Source: Neophaeotheca triangularis
Taxonomy: Eukaryota
Direction of reading: 5' to 3'
Assembly (NCBI GenBank): GCA_054600435.1
Contig: BAAIJX010000003.1
Coordinates: 124,001-188,000 of the forward strand
DNA length: 64,000 nt
Of this stretch, positions 12,172-25,307 are shown piece by piece; the first letter of the stretch is position 1; each line of letters opens with the position of its first letter. The notes beneath the pieces are model-generated. The model saw only the letters and a program-made list of their open reading frames with translations. It had not been told where the DNA came from and made no database searches. Position numbers and translations under genes: made by a program.

Positions 12172-14876
12172 ATGGAGATGCCAACTTATTTCCTCTTTCG
12201 CGACATTCCTCCGGGCGAGCCATTCGACCCTACCTCGCCTCCTCAATTCTTCCCACCAAAGGACTCGGACGAACTCTTTGATGCTCTCAGAGCCAAGTAC
12301 CCTCATGTCAAGACTCACTCCGAACGTATGCGGGACGCCATCATAGAATTCCTGCTGGAAGAGAGAGACTCCGAGCTGCGGGCCAAGACACATTCCCCAG
12401 CCATACCGGCAACGACTGCAACTACCTCCCCGTGGCAACAATCGTGGCCATCCATGTCGTCTGCATCTGAACCCTCACTATTCTCGAGCCCCGACCTCTT
12501 CGACCTGGCCACTCCTTCCTTCGATGCTTCTCCGTCCGCCGACATGGTTCCTACCCTGCCTGCGCGCTGTCCCAGTGAAGCAAGCCCTCGAGCTCTAGAA
12601 GACATGACCGGTGTATTCAGCCTCTCATCTGCGCAGCAGCAGCCAAAGCAAAAGACCCGCAGAAAGATGACCGAAGCGGAGAAGGTTGAGTATAGGAAGC
12701 GGAGGATCGTAAAGGCGTGCGACAAGTGTAGCAAGCGGAAGAGAAAAGTAAGTCTACCCTCAGCCCAGTTGAAACTTTCAATGCTAACAGAGACTGCAGT
12801 GTCACCACAATCAACCAGAGATGGAGGGGCTTCCAACCAAAAAGGCTGGCAAGGTGACCAAGCCTCGGTATGTGGAGTCGACTATAGCAGAGTCGAATGG
12901 TATAACTGACAATGTCCAGCACTAACGCGCAGAAACAACCTTCGCCCCCGTCTGCATTCACGAGCATGTCGACAAGCGCAACGCCGATGACCGAGAGTCT
13001 TGATGAAACATGTGACTACGGCTACGTGCTGGGAGAGCCGATGGCGGACTGCGATTTCGATCATTTCATCAACTTCGACGATTCCACTTTCGGACAACAA
13101 CTTTACGAGCCAGAGTTCCCAGAAACCGTACCAGCAGCCAAATCCTGGTACTGCGACAGTGGCAACACATTCATGGCATCTCTCAAGGATTTCCCTCGAG
13201 CCTCGACTCAAAGCGACCAAAGAAGGACAGAGGGTGAGAGTGTATCATGGACGACAATACCGGATCACGCACAGCACACAGCGAACATATCGAATATAGA
13301 TGGGCAAAAAGCTCGCAGTGGCGCTGTACCAAACATAGCTCGGATAGGTCGGTGTGATGGCGAGACCGGTACCCGTGGCCTCGATGTGCCCCCGCCCTTT
13401 CGAAGTGGTACTCACTACTACCGACGTCCATGGCAAGAAGCCAACGGCGGCGGTGATCAAGAGAGTACTCACGCCCGCCCGAAAGAATCGACAAGTCGCC
13501 AAGCAGCCACGCACAACCTCCACGTCCATTGCGCAGAATGCGAAGACTCCTACATCGTTCACAACTCACGCGAAGTCAGCGGTAGAACGCGGCCACCTCC
13601 TACAAAGCTTCTATCGCATATTGTGCTTCGACTCGTCACCACCACGCGAGCTGTTCGTGCGTTTGCCAGGTTACGAAACTCGACTTCTCGGTCATGTGGG
13701 TCTATGGCAAATGTTACCAATGCCATTGGTGTTGCCTCGTTGAATTCGAGACTTCGCGCAACTGGTTCGCTGCCCAACCTTGCCAATCAATGGCAACAGC
13801 GGCAGCAAGGGGACTACTCTCAAGAGCATTACCATACAGACGGTGCACGAGAGAGCGATTGCAGCCGTGCTCGACGAAATGGCAGGCTGCATAGCGCGCA
13901 TCTGGGTGCTTTCGAAGGCTTGGGCCGCGAGAGCGCTAATGCAAATGGTGCTTTGACGAGTCTGTCAGTCTCGAATCGTGCATCGGACTGGTCAGCAAGC
14001 CGACGCAGCGAGCGGGTGTGTACCACCTCACGCAGCACCTGCGAGAATAGCGCACCGACGATTGCTAGGGAAGGAAAACCCCCTCTTTCGTCGAATCGTG
14101 GCATCGACAGTGCCCCAAGCCCTTCAAGCGAGCTTTCAATGCTCAGAAGACGAATCCCTCGCAGACAAAGCCTCGGCGCAAACCGCCACGGCACCATCGG
14201 CATTTTGGACGATACCATCTGGCGAGCGCCAGCAGACGCGACACTAAGAAATGCCCTTAGCGCAACCCTCGCACAGCGACAGCAACACCTCGCCACCCAC
14301 CACACCACCAACAACGACACCTACGAGCGGCCCGACAACTCATCCAGCCCATCGACCGCCCCACCAAACCTCGCCACACGCCTCGACTTCTCCACCCGCC
14401 ACGACGCCGCAGGCAGGAACGCTTCCGGCGCCTCCAGCAACCCGACCACCTCCTCCCAGACAACGAGCCACCTCTACCGCGCGGCACAAACACCCCGTCG
14501 GCGGCCGAGACCCCTCGACAACCAAAACCCCTCACACAACAACACCCTCCCACCACCGAACGAAAGCAAACTCTCGGACCACGTCCGCTACCGCGACCAT
14601 CACGGCCGCGACGCGCACCTGCAGCTACTGAGCGAGGGCACCACGAGCGCCGGGGCCAAAAGCACTCAGCCCCTCGAGGCTTGGCGGTTCGGGCTGGTGG
14701 CGCTGGCATGTTTTCTCGCTGCCGGCAGCTCGCTCGTGTCTGCTCTGCTGGCCGGTTTGGGTTTGGAACTTGTCGCGTCGTCGTCGTCGTCGATGCTGAG
14801 GGAGTGCTGGAAGTTCAACCGGCGAGGGAGGATCCGGGCTGTCGAGGGTTTGGGGAAGAAGATGTTGCTGGGCTGA
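12172..14876 (+). CDS. Putative transcription factor with truncated Zn-cluster-like finger (CxxCx6CxH) and C-terminal hydrophobic segment, about 866 aa
   Basis: join(12172..12747,12800..12867,12920..14876); introns GTAAGT...GCTAAC...CAG and GTATGT...ACTGAC...CAG keep the frame. Spliced motif RRKMTEAEKVEYRKRRIVKACDKCSKRKRK|CHHNQPEM. Confidence 0.75.
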
Positions 14877-17456
14877 GATGGATTGGACGGCTGGGTGGGA
14901 TTGATGATTGGGTTGGGGATTTTGAGGGTCTGATGGATTTTTCCTTCTTTTTTTCCTTCTCGCTTTTACTTGTTGAGTGTTTGCGAGCGGCTGGTGTTTG
15001 GGATTTTTTCGGGCAGTCGAGAACCTGAGATTTGAAGAGTTGGATGTTTTTTGCTTGTTTTGTTTCTTCTAACGCCGCAAGGTCTATGGTCTGCCGGATA
15101 TGGGTTTTGTGAGAGCCGTCATCACGACGAAATGTTATAACATAGCGCCTGCGCTAGACACTGCCTTTGCACCGCAGTCCACCTACCACGTATGCGACTA
15201 TGTACCCCATAGCTCAGCTTACTCCCTTCTCCACCAAAACCACGCATCCTTCCCCTTCATCTCCACAGCCCGCAAGCGCTCTCTGTCCAGGCGAGCGGGA
15301 TTTTCAGAAAACTCTGACATTCCGCCTAACAGGTAGGTACTCAGAGCTATCGAGGAGAAAGAAAATCTACCACTCACTCTCGCCGCGACGCGAAATAGTC
15401 ACAAACACCGGGCCGCCCTTTCCTCGCGCCGAGTGCGAGCACTTGTGCCCTGCTGCGCCGCTTTCCGAGCCCCCACGCGTCCTTCGACACAGCGTCTTTC
15501 TCTAGCCCTGGGCGGGCACGATAGGTGCAAAGATTTTCCACCTGGGAGAAGAGGGGATGTGTTTTGTGGTCGTGCGTCCGTGGCGAGGGACTGGGGTGGT
15601 GTATCGTGCTGGCGATGGGTGTTTCGGGCATGGGTCGCGGGCTTGGAGACCGGCTGGAGAACGTGTATGTGTCGTCTCCTAGGATTCTTTGCTGCGGTCT
15701 CGGTGGAAATGAGGTATGATTGTTGTCTAAGCCGTTAGACGTGGGGAGTCGCTTGTGAGTGTTGGGGTCGTTCCTTTCTCGGCCTCTCACGGGTTCTGAC
15801 AGGCAGCTTCTGGGGGGGAAAGCGGAGTCGGAAGGTTCGGGAGAGGAGGAGAAGCTCTTACAGTGATCAACAAAGGAGCAGGGGCGTCGCATGGAGCTCA
15901 TGGGCATCGTTCACTGGATCTGAAAAGGAGTGTATATCGACTCACCACGCCACTAGACCGCGAGCAACTATAAGCATGGCTTCATCACAGAAAACCACGA
16001 TACTCGCGAAGCGGCCCCGCAACAACACCGCTACCAAACGGACAATGGATGCCAACTCTTCACCAGAGGATACGCCACAGTCACGCACAGGGACTCCTGA
16101 AGCGCTAGAGAAGTCCTGATTGATAAAAAACTGATCAGGGCCCTGGACGCTGGTGGTCTTGAAATAGTCGCTCAAAGTCCAACGACAACGGGAGAATTAA
16201 TACCGTCATAGCGGACTGGATGTCGAGGGGCAAGATAGCGACGGGTGGCCGTAGAGGTAAGAGGTAGTAGGTGACGACTTCGAGCGGTGGGAATTAAACG
16301 TCCTTCTCCGGTACCATCTTCTCTCATTTGGCCTCGAGGCCACCCTCACCTGGGTCCAGTGCGGTGTGAATAAAGTCTATCGTCGAACATCACCCGTCCT
16401 TCCTTGACAGTGTTGGATAGGTTTTACCTCTTCCAGCACAATAAGCGGCAGTAGATGACGAAGAGCTCTGAGAGATACGATCCAAGCGAGCTCGGGAGAT
16501 ACGACAGCAGCACGACACGCGATGCGAGCGCGACCTAAGAGCGTCATTTTGAAGGCGACTTTATCAGCTGTATCTCAGACGTGCGCTGAGTTGCAAGTTG
16601 AAGCACAGCCAACTTGCAGATTTCGACAAAAGTATTCACGTGTCTCGCTCGACTCTGGTTTCCCCCAAGTGCTTCCGAGAAGGAATCTAAACACCTTCTT
16701 GGCCAAGCAGTCCACTCGATCGTGCTGTCTCCTCGTGTCGGGCGGGTTGAAAGACCCGTGGTGCCCCTGGCCAAAGTTGTCCGTAGGCAGTGCTTCACAG
16801 CAATCGTAGTTTTGTAGGCCGGGATGAATAACCATCACTTCATGAAACCATTAGAATTTCGAGGAGAGATCCGTGGAGATCACGTGGTGAGAGAGGAAGA
16901 AAGAAAAATCGTATACCTCCTAGGATTATGAACGAGCATTTCCGAGCAGCTTGCCCTAGGGGAAAATTGCGGACTCGGCGCATGGCGCGGAAGCCTAGGA
17001 GCACTCGGTCGTGCGGGCGGGCGGGTTGAGAACTGGTGGGGCAGACAGATTGGGTGTTTTTTCTTTTTCTTTTTACTTTTTCTCATGGCCTAGTCTTATG
17101 AGTAGCGCTGATTTTGTTGGGAGGGCGCGACGTGGAAGATTGATGGAATAAGCGGTCGTGTAGCATGGGGTTAGGGTTGGAGTGTCAGACGGAGGCGCCT
17201 TTCGGAAGAAATGCAGATGACAAATCGTTGAAGTAGAAGGACAGAGCGAGAGGAGATTCAATCATTCGGCATCGCGGTCACTGTAAATGCATATTGGATA
17301 TGTGAAATGAAAAACGCTCTTGTGCCGTTCAACGGCAACCTCAACCCAATCCAGCGTCGCACAGCGAGTCTCAATCTGGTTGCAATCCTTCGCCCTGTTA
17401 ATGCCCACAACTCCAAAACCCCATCGAACAGATACGGAATATGCCTTGTTGCGCCC

Positions 17457-19124
17457 CTAGTTGTTGCAAAGACCGCTGCCACTCAGCGAGCTAGTCGGGT
17501 AGTAGATCCTCGGCGCTCCACGCCTCATTGGAACCCGAAGGCTACCGCCGCTCCCCGCGGTGAGAGTGCTGCAAGTCAGCAGCTCGGTCATCTCATCGCC
17601 GTTGCTGACGCCGACGTTGCTGCTGACGGTAACAGTCGAAGAGCCGGCATTGATACCACCGTTGGTGAGCACCATGACCATCTTGCCCTTGCGGATTGCG
17701 ATGGCGCTGTTGTCCTGGTAGATGGGCCTGGCGTTGTCGTTGTAGAAACTCGAGCCGTCATCCTGGAATGCCCATTTGCGAATATCGTTGAGCGCGGTTA
17801 CGAGTTGAGCAAGCGGCGCGTTGCTGTTGTAGCCGGAGAGCCAGGTCGCTTCGCGGTTGTAGGGGTCGTTATTTTGCCCGCCTGGGGCGTCGTAGTGCTG
17901 TTCTTGGCCGGCATAGATGATGGGGATACCGTCGGTGAGCATGGTCGCCGTGATCACGTTTCGGGCCCGCGGCAGATCGCCGGTTGCTCCTGCGAAGCGT
18001 GGGCGGTCGTGGTTTTCGGTGAACTGGCCCATAAGCGAAGTGTCGGCGCAGTCGTTGGCAACTTGGTTGAGCATGTTGGCAAAGGCGGACATGGAGCCGC
18101 TGCTCGAAGCGAAAGCGTCGAACATGGTGTAGTACAAGGGAAAGTTCATGGCACCGGGCATGACGTCCTGGAAACCACAGACGTATTGGGAGCTTCCATC
18201 ATAGATTTCGCCGACCTAAAGATGTTTAGTTGTGCTGAACAGGGTTATGGTTCGTTCTCGCAAATAATCTCACCATGTATAAGCCGCCAGCGGCTTGGTT
18301 GAACGGAGGCCAGAAATCTGGGCGAACTTGCTTGGCGACATCAAGGCGAAGACCATCAATTCCATACTCGTTGACAAGGTCTCTGATCCAATCCTGCCAC
18401 GTGCTACGAATGTCGTCATCCTCAGTGCGGATGTCTGGCAGCGAGACGGTAGTGTCACCCTCCCAGCAAATTTGAGTGCTCAACTAGAGAAAAGTTAGCC
18501 CATAAGCTTCAGAGTTACGTTCCGAGTGATTGAGGAGCTTTTACTTACTTCGCTGGTGTAATCAATGGAGCAGTATTCGTGGAAATACCTCTCTTCGTTC
18601 CAAGGGTTGAATACAGAGTAGTCAACCTGGGAAGGACTGCCATTGTATCCGAAATGGTTTGTCACAACGTCGACCATCAGGTACTGTATTGGTCGTTAGT
18701 ATACGTCAACAAATTCGGGTCGCATAATTCATACCATGCCCCTCGCGTGCAGCTCAGCGGACAGATCCTTGAGATCCTGCTCGGTACCAAAATTTTCGTT
18801 GAGACTGTAGATGTCCTGTTGCCAGTAACCATGGTAAGGGTCCCCGTAAGCCGTTACCGTCTGGATTTGCTTGGTGACTGGAGAGATCCAAACAGCGTCG
18901 AAGCCCAGGGCCTGAATGTAGTCCAGCCGGCGAATGATGCCTCTCCAACTCCCGCCGCAAAACCTGCCAATGCCGGGGTTGCAATCAGCCGTGGTGCTTC
19001 CATCGGCACGAGCAAAGCGATCAGTGAGCACCTGATAGATGCTGCGTGACCTCCATTGCTCGGGCGAAGCAGCAAGAGCAGAAGTGGAGAGCGCGAGGCT
19101 CAGAGCGAGATCGTAGAAGCGCAT
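17457..19124 (-). CDS. Secreted alpha-amylase, GH13 (Taka-amylase-like), about 497 aa
   Basis: complement(join(17457..18215,18274..18483,18549..18683,18735..19124)). Signal peptide [18 protein letters not shown]; motifs [34 protein letters not shown] (nucleophile D), MVGEIYDG (acid/base E), FTENHD. No starch-binding domain or GPI tail is apparent. Confidence 0.95.
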
Positions 19125-22100
19125 GCTGTACGGCGTGATGAGCAGGTTGTTGATAGCGAGGTAACAAGATGCCGTTCGAGCAGTGGGGATGATCGAAGTT
19201 GGTCTCAGGGTATCACGGTGAGTCTTTATACCTGTGAAGATTGGATCTTACTGTCTGTAGATCAGCTCACTCACGCAGGGACGATCTTAGTATTTTGTGT
19301 GGTGGGCGAACTATTCCATGAAGACGAGCATACCCGCTGAGTGCCGTTACCGACAAGAAGGAAGCAAAATAGTGGTAAGTAATGGATCTAGTCGACGGGA
19401 TCGAGGCCATATGGGTATCGTAGGAGGGCAGGGAACCATGTCAGACGACAACAGCCGCTGATGAGCCATCACGCCGACTTTCCTACCGCTCAAGATACGC
19501 ACGTCTTCGATGCCGTTCTGAATAGCCAGGTGCACCGCGAATTAGCGCCATCTAGGTTCCATTCAAAAGACCGTGGTCCTAGGCGATCTAACGTACGGAT
19601 GTGCCCTTGGGACCGGAAAGATGCTGTCGTCCAATTGAAGAGCTGCATTGGATTCGGGGTCATGTTTGACCTCGACTTTCAGAATGGGGCGCGGCGGCAT
19701 CCGTCCTTTCTGAAACTGCGAAGATGCCCGTGGTGGACACGATCGCCTCGATAGTATACGGTACTCAAGTCTGGTAGCCTTGCGAGAAACTGTTAGGCTA
19801 AGCAGCTTAGTGAGAAGAACTGGTTCCAATAAAAGTGCGAGTACAACACTGACAGGTGCCTGGTAGCAAACGGGCAGATTGAGACCCACTCAAACGGCGA
19901 AGGGACCATTGCCGACCAGGCATGCTCGCTGTTTTCGGCGGCAAGAAATGCCATGCTCAGTGTAGATAGATGGATCCATTTCACCCACCGAAATTTCCCA
20001 TGGCATGGACATCGGTGGGCTTTGCCTATAGGGCCGGGCGCGGTCCTTTTCCCGACGTGGATCACGGGTAAGGCCCGAGTTCCCTATAAACCATGCCCTT
20101 GGAGGCTGATACCCGTGTGCCAGCAAGAGTGTGGCTGCCTCTTTAACACTAGGTAGACATCGATGAAGCGCCCTGAAAGGAGCTGTTGATCCAGCCAAAG
20201 CAGGCATTGCTTAGATGTTCCATGTCGAGGGCAAATGACGCGACAAAAACGCCTCAAAACCAAAGGTATTCACACCCACATACACCTGCACAGCCCATAG
20301 AGGTCTAGAGGCTCAGTTGGGATCTCCATGTGGCGCTGCAGGTTCCTAACAATGAGCTTCCGGTCCCAAGTGGTTGGGCTGTCAAGAAGGGCCGTCAGAT
20401 GGCTAAATGTTGGCTAGTATCATAGTGTACCATCGCTAGCAATTGATCGTGGGAGGCCGGGTATTGTTGCTATTGCTGCTATCGGGCGATCGGGAAGAAG
20501 TAGGTACAGTACTTGATAGTAGTGTGGTCAGGTAGTTTGGAGTTACATACAGTAGTAGGTAGGTTGGGTTGCTTGGTACGGAGGTAACGTCTGGAGAAGC
20601 ATCTCGGCCCGCCAGCGTTTGCCCCACCGGGAGACCCGAACTCCGAGCCCCCGTGTCCGAGTCTGGACACCACCGCACCAGTCCACCCGCCCACCACGGC
20701 CACCTCATCTCATCATCTCCACCACCACCCCTAACTGGTCTTCCCCCCTCCTCGGGCTCTCCCTCTCCCTCCCCCCTTCCTTGGCTTCACCCTCTCTACT
20801 CCTGCATCATCACCTGCACATCGTCATGAGAAGCGCAAAGTGACGGCGACTGCGTTGCCATGTTGACTTTTGACTCTACTCTACTCCTCCCGTCAAGTAG
20901 GAATGGAGGCGCCGGTGCCGTCAAATTCGAATCTTTCTGCGTACGAGGCTTATCCGCTGTCTTCTTGCCGGAAAGCGACGACGAGCCAATAGAATGCTTT
21001 TCTCTTGAGGAGCGAAATTCTACCTCCGACCCACCTCTGTCCTGTTCAATCTACGTTAGTCGCGTCGAGTGGCAAACCCAACCTTCAGCATCCACTTCGC
21101 GCTCGGCCTACTGGCAGTGTCCATGTCGCTGGATCCGTGTCAAGACAAGAGCAAGGTACACGACTACTATAGACAAGGCAAGTCTTGTCTGAGTACACAA
21201 CAGCTGTCGCGACGCTGCTACCGAGATAAGACCGACTGTCAGACGACCTTCACGAAAGTCTCGCATGGCTGTACCTTTTGTCCACAAGACCGTCTGCCAT
21301 TGGCTGTGAAGTGTCACCCACTTGGACAACGAACTTCCACATCATAGACCGAACTCCTATTCGCTGAGTGAGCTTTCGGCAGCTGCACTCACCACACCTT
21401 TGCGTTGCTGCACTCTTGAACTTTTCGATGCCGAATTTGACTTGGCCGGTCGGCGCCGCAATGGCGACTGTTGAAGCAAGACTAACGAGGCTAGAACCCG
21501 ACCATTAAAAGGCGGAGGGAACTCCTGTGAACGGTTGTTGGCTGGGGCCAGATGCTAGGCTTGACGCTAGTCGATCCGCCGGTCAGGACGCTTCGTGATA
21601 TTATCACCTTTAGCAGGAAATCTCAGCTTCACGCTTCACGCTTCACGCCGACTACATTTTCTTGAATCGTGCAAACAGTGGAGAATCGAGTGAATTTGTA
21701 CTAAAGAAGACCTTCGGGTGGGGGCCATCAAAAGGCTTACGTTGGTCTGTGCTATACAAGACAAGTCTTGGGAAAATAGCAAAGGGACGAGTCCCAATCA
21801 CTTCCTTCCGAACTTGAGACATGTCGGTGCGGCTACTACAATACTTTTTGGCTTAGTCTCTTCTCCATGATCTTGGTCTTCCGGACAACCTCGCACATGC
21901 AATATTCCCCGAAGTGCTCCGCCGGTCAGCTTTGACCAAGTGTTCGCTGTCCAATCCATTTGTCAGGACAAGTCACAAACAAGCTGATTGTCTTAGCATG
22001 TTGTCAGGGACACGTCGCCGTGGCGTTTGCTATTCTCTGAAAGTGTCGGGGGTGTACCCAGTCAGGGCCAGGGGGCCTCATAACATCGAACCAGAGGGCT

Positions 22101-22339
22101 TGCCTTCAATTACGCCCAAAATGCTTGACTGGTAAGCCTTCTAGCCAGTAGATGGGCAGAAGTGACAACATGGCTACAAACGGACAATGCTAATGTACAT
22201 AAGAACCTGGCATGTGACTATGGATATGACCTTAAGATCATCGATGTCGGTCCGCATCTTCCCTTCCTCGCTTTAATACTCTTCGTACCGATCGACTTGG
22301 TTCCGCCTGACCATGATGGTCATATAGCCAAAGACGATT

Positions 22340-22670
22340 AGCGTTCCCGCTGGTATCCAGACAGTACCAACATGATCTTCACGCGCCCGGTGATGGAACG
22401 ATGCGCAACTTCCAACAACCTGTTGTTTGCTAGTCGCCGTCCACTTCGTGCACGCTATTGCATCTATCCAAATTAGAGTACCACAGTTGTTCACCACTCT
22501 CTCCATCTTGCACTATACGCTCCATGGCCGTTGTCTAGGATCACGGGTGAGTACCGACTTGAGCATACCCGTTCACCGACCTAAGAACACATCTCGTGGA
22601 ACCTCACTATGCGCTACCCTTGTCTTGTACCGAAGGACGAGACAACCTGGGAAGATCAAAGCCTCGCCAC
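22340..22670 (-). pseudogene. Probable degenerate HET (heterokaryon incompatibility) domain relic
   Basis: The minus strand gives, in HET order but broken by stops and frameshifts: RL(L)IFPG, CS*VGE (for LSYxWG), PVILDNG, IWIDAI-(C)VHEVDGD*-KQQV, FHHRA...VWI. Confidence 0.45.
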
Positions 22671-25307
22671 CGAGGAACGTGTCAGCGTCCCACTATTCAG
22701 ACACCGCCCGTTGTGCGAGCCAGCGCTCGAGGAACTTTTGGATCCTAGCGAGAAGACACTAAATCCTGCGGTATAGGGACAAGCGAAGCGAGGTAAGGTC
22801 GGATACAGAGTGGTTCGCAGACTCGCAGAGGGTAAAGTGGTCAACAGACAGGGTTCTGGACACATGCCGCACGCTCCCCGAAGGTCCACCATCGCAATCG
22901 TAGCGCTTAAGCCTACCACTCTCTGCGGCAGCAAGGGACGGTTTGTCACGAGAAAGTCACCGTTTGTCGGTTTGCTTGCTTGCTCCACTCGCAATAGGCC
23001 CGTCCCTAGACCAAAGTTCAAGCAAAACGATACTCTTGCTGAACAAGGCTGACCACAACTCAGAAAGCCCCAATTACCCCATCACTACTATTCACGGACA
23101 CTCTCATAACCATACTAAAGAGCAGGTGAGGTTAGAAACCCCAACCGTGCGTCAACACCCTGCGCCCGTTGAAACCGCTTTCCCCGGACCCAAAACCACG
23201 CGACGGAAGCAAAAGCAACCGCGGTACAAGACTGGGGAACGCGAGATCCTTTGCCTGCATGGTCGAGGGCTCTCCCGTCGCAGCAGGCTAGAGTGCCTAG
23301 ATGCGCCAGGCATGCCGAACCGGTCTTTGGCCAACGTCCGCGTCGAGATCGCTGTCACAATGCGGCGCGGATACCGGATCTTCCACACCTCTGGCGCTGC
23401 GATCACGCTTCTACGCTCCGTGCGGTCAATTCTGCTCTCGCCGTCCCGCCCGCTTTCGGTGTAAGTACGACTGTACGAGGCCCCCTGTAACGTTCCGGCC
23501 GCTGGCATGCGAACACTGGGAGGGATGGCAGATCTCCAGTCCCGATGCTCGGGTGTTGGGTGTTTCATCTGCTTCCGCCATCTTGGAATGTTGCGGCACG
23601 TTGGTCGTTGAAAACCAGAAGCCGGTGGTACAGTCGCTCGTGCGGATTGACCGGGACAAGCGCTGATATGCTTTCGGATCTCAACTTTCGAATCGAGCCG
23701 CTTCTACGGAGCTTCTGCTCTTATTTAGCGGCGCGGTGAAGTGCAGAGTGGAAGAGCGAGCTAGACGAGAAGGTAGGGAAGCTCGACCATTGTGCTCCGA
23801 TGTTGCTCTCCAGTTGATGCTGTTAGGGCTTGAGTCGCTGCTCTCCCCCCTCTTTTCTGCCAGCTTATTTATCTCAAATCCCTTGTTCCTCCAGATATGC
23901 TTCCTTTACAAGATCTCTCAACTCTCAAAGGCTATCGTTAACATTCTGCTTTCCGCCCTATCCAGCTCAGCCGTGAAGCCAGCCGCGCCTCTCCTGCGAA
24001 CAGACCAGCCAGACAGCACGATGCCAATCCACCTGCGGTGTTTGAAAGCCAAGTAGCAGGATGGACTTGTTCAACCCGGACAAACAGGCACCATGCGGCC
24101 AAAAGCTCCGCCCCATACTATTTCGCATCACAGCTTACACCGATTTGATATTCCTTCTTTCGGCGACTTGGTAGGCCACACTACACCAAGTACCTTAAGT
24201 CTCATCCACAAACTCTCTTCTTCCAAAGCTACGCTCGCTACTTTATGCCTTCCATTTCATATTTCTTTCGTTCCCACCCTGGCACTCGATGCCAAAGACC
24301 ACAGAAAGCCAAATTCTCTCGGCCAGCAGGATACCAAAGATCATCGCCTTCTTCATCAATACAACAATCTTCTCCAAACCTTTCAAAGTTACTCAAAACG
24401 ACCGGCTTAAGAGATCGAGTACACCCCGATTGACCTGCTCTAATAAAAGTCACTGATGATGAAAGCGCCACCATAACCGCAAGGTCCGGTCGTCCACTCT
24501 AAAGTAGTACCATCTACAACAATAACTCTCGCCCGAAGCCTCCGGAAAGTCTGCTACTCAACCATAATAACTTTTCCAAACCCTTTCCATCGCACAATCA
24601 CAGCTCCGGCCCACCATCCCAACTTCTATTGAAACCCCTTCTCCCATTCCCGCTTCTACTGTCACCCACTCCAGCTATACCACACGCTACTCTCAACCTC
24701 ACTTTTCTCTCGCTTCCTCCTATTCCCTGATTCCTAGATATCCCGGCTCCTTACCAATATACCCCCTTTGACACCAATTCCCACCAAGGAAATTAAGAAA
24801 AATGAGACAGAAAAGAAAACAAAGAAACCAAAGACCGGCGACACGGGCTCAAAACTCGAGAAGAGTTGCATAATGATCTTGAAAACGCTATGTAAACCAA
24901 CAAGCACTACTAATACTACCACTACTACTAACTAGCAGCGGGCAGCAGCAGTAGCAGCAACAACCGGATTAAAAAAAAAGCTCTCTTGTTACAGCACCCA
25001 CCGACGACCCGACTGATCTCCCCTCAACTCAACTCAACTCATCGCCAAAGAACGCAGGCAGAATCTTACTCTCCGCTTCCTTCTAGCACTTTTCCGGCGA
25101 ACTCCAAAATTGCGCTTGACCTTCGAGCATGCGCACGCTTGAAACTCCTTTTCTTCCTTTTCTTTCCGTTCCTTTTCCTTTACTGTTCCACTCCTCTCCG
25201 CTCCACTCCACCCTTCTCTATTTGCAACGTTTTCTCCTGTCCCCTCTCTTCCACTCCTACCCATTCATCCGTCCAGCCAATTAAGCAGTCGAGCCGAACC
25301 AACGACT

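Noticed and set aside
15374..16175. 177-aa Pro/Ser-rich minus-strand ORF with an apparent upstream GTGAGT donor
   Set aside because: The implied intron is only about 26 nt, there are no motifs, and the composition is explained by local G/C skew.
21069..21347. Small Cys-rich ORF with a hydrophobic N-terminus (effector-like)
   Set aside because: No ATG before the hydrophobic stretch (GTG start just after an in-frame stop), an odd number of Cys, and no supported upstream exon.
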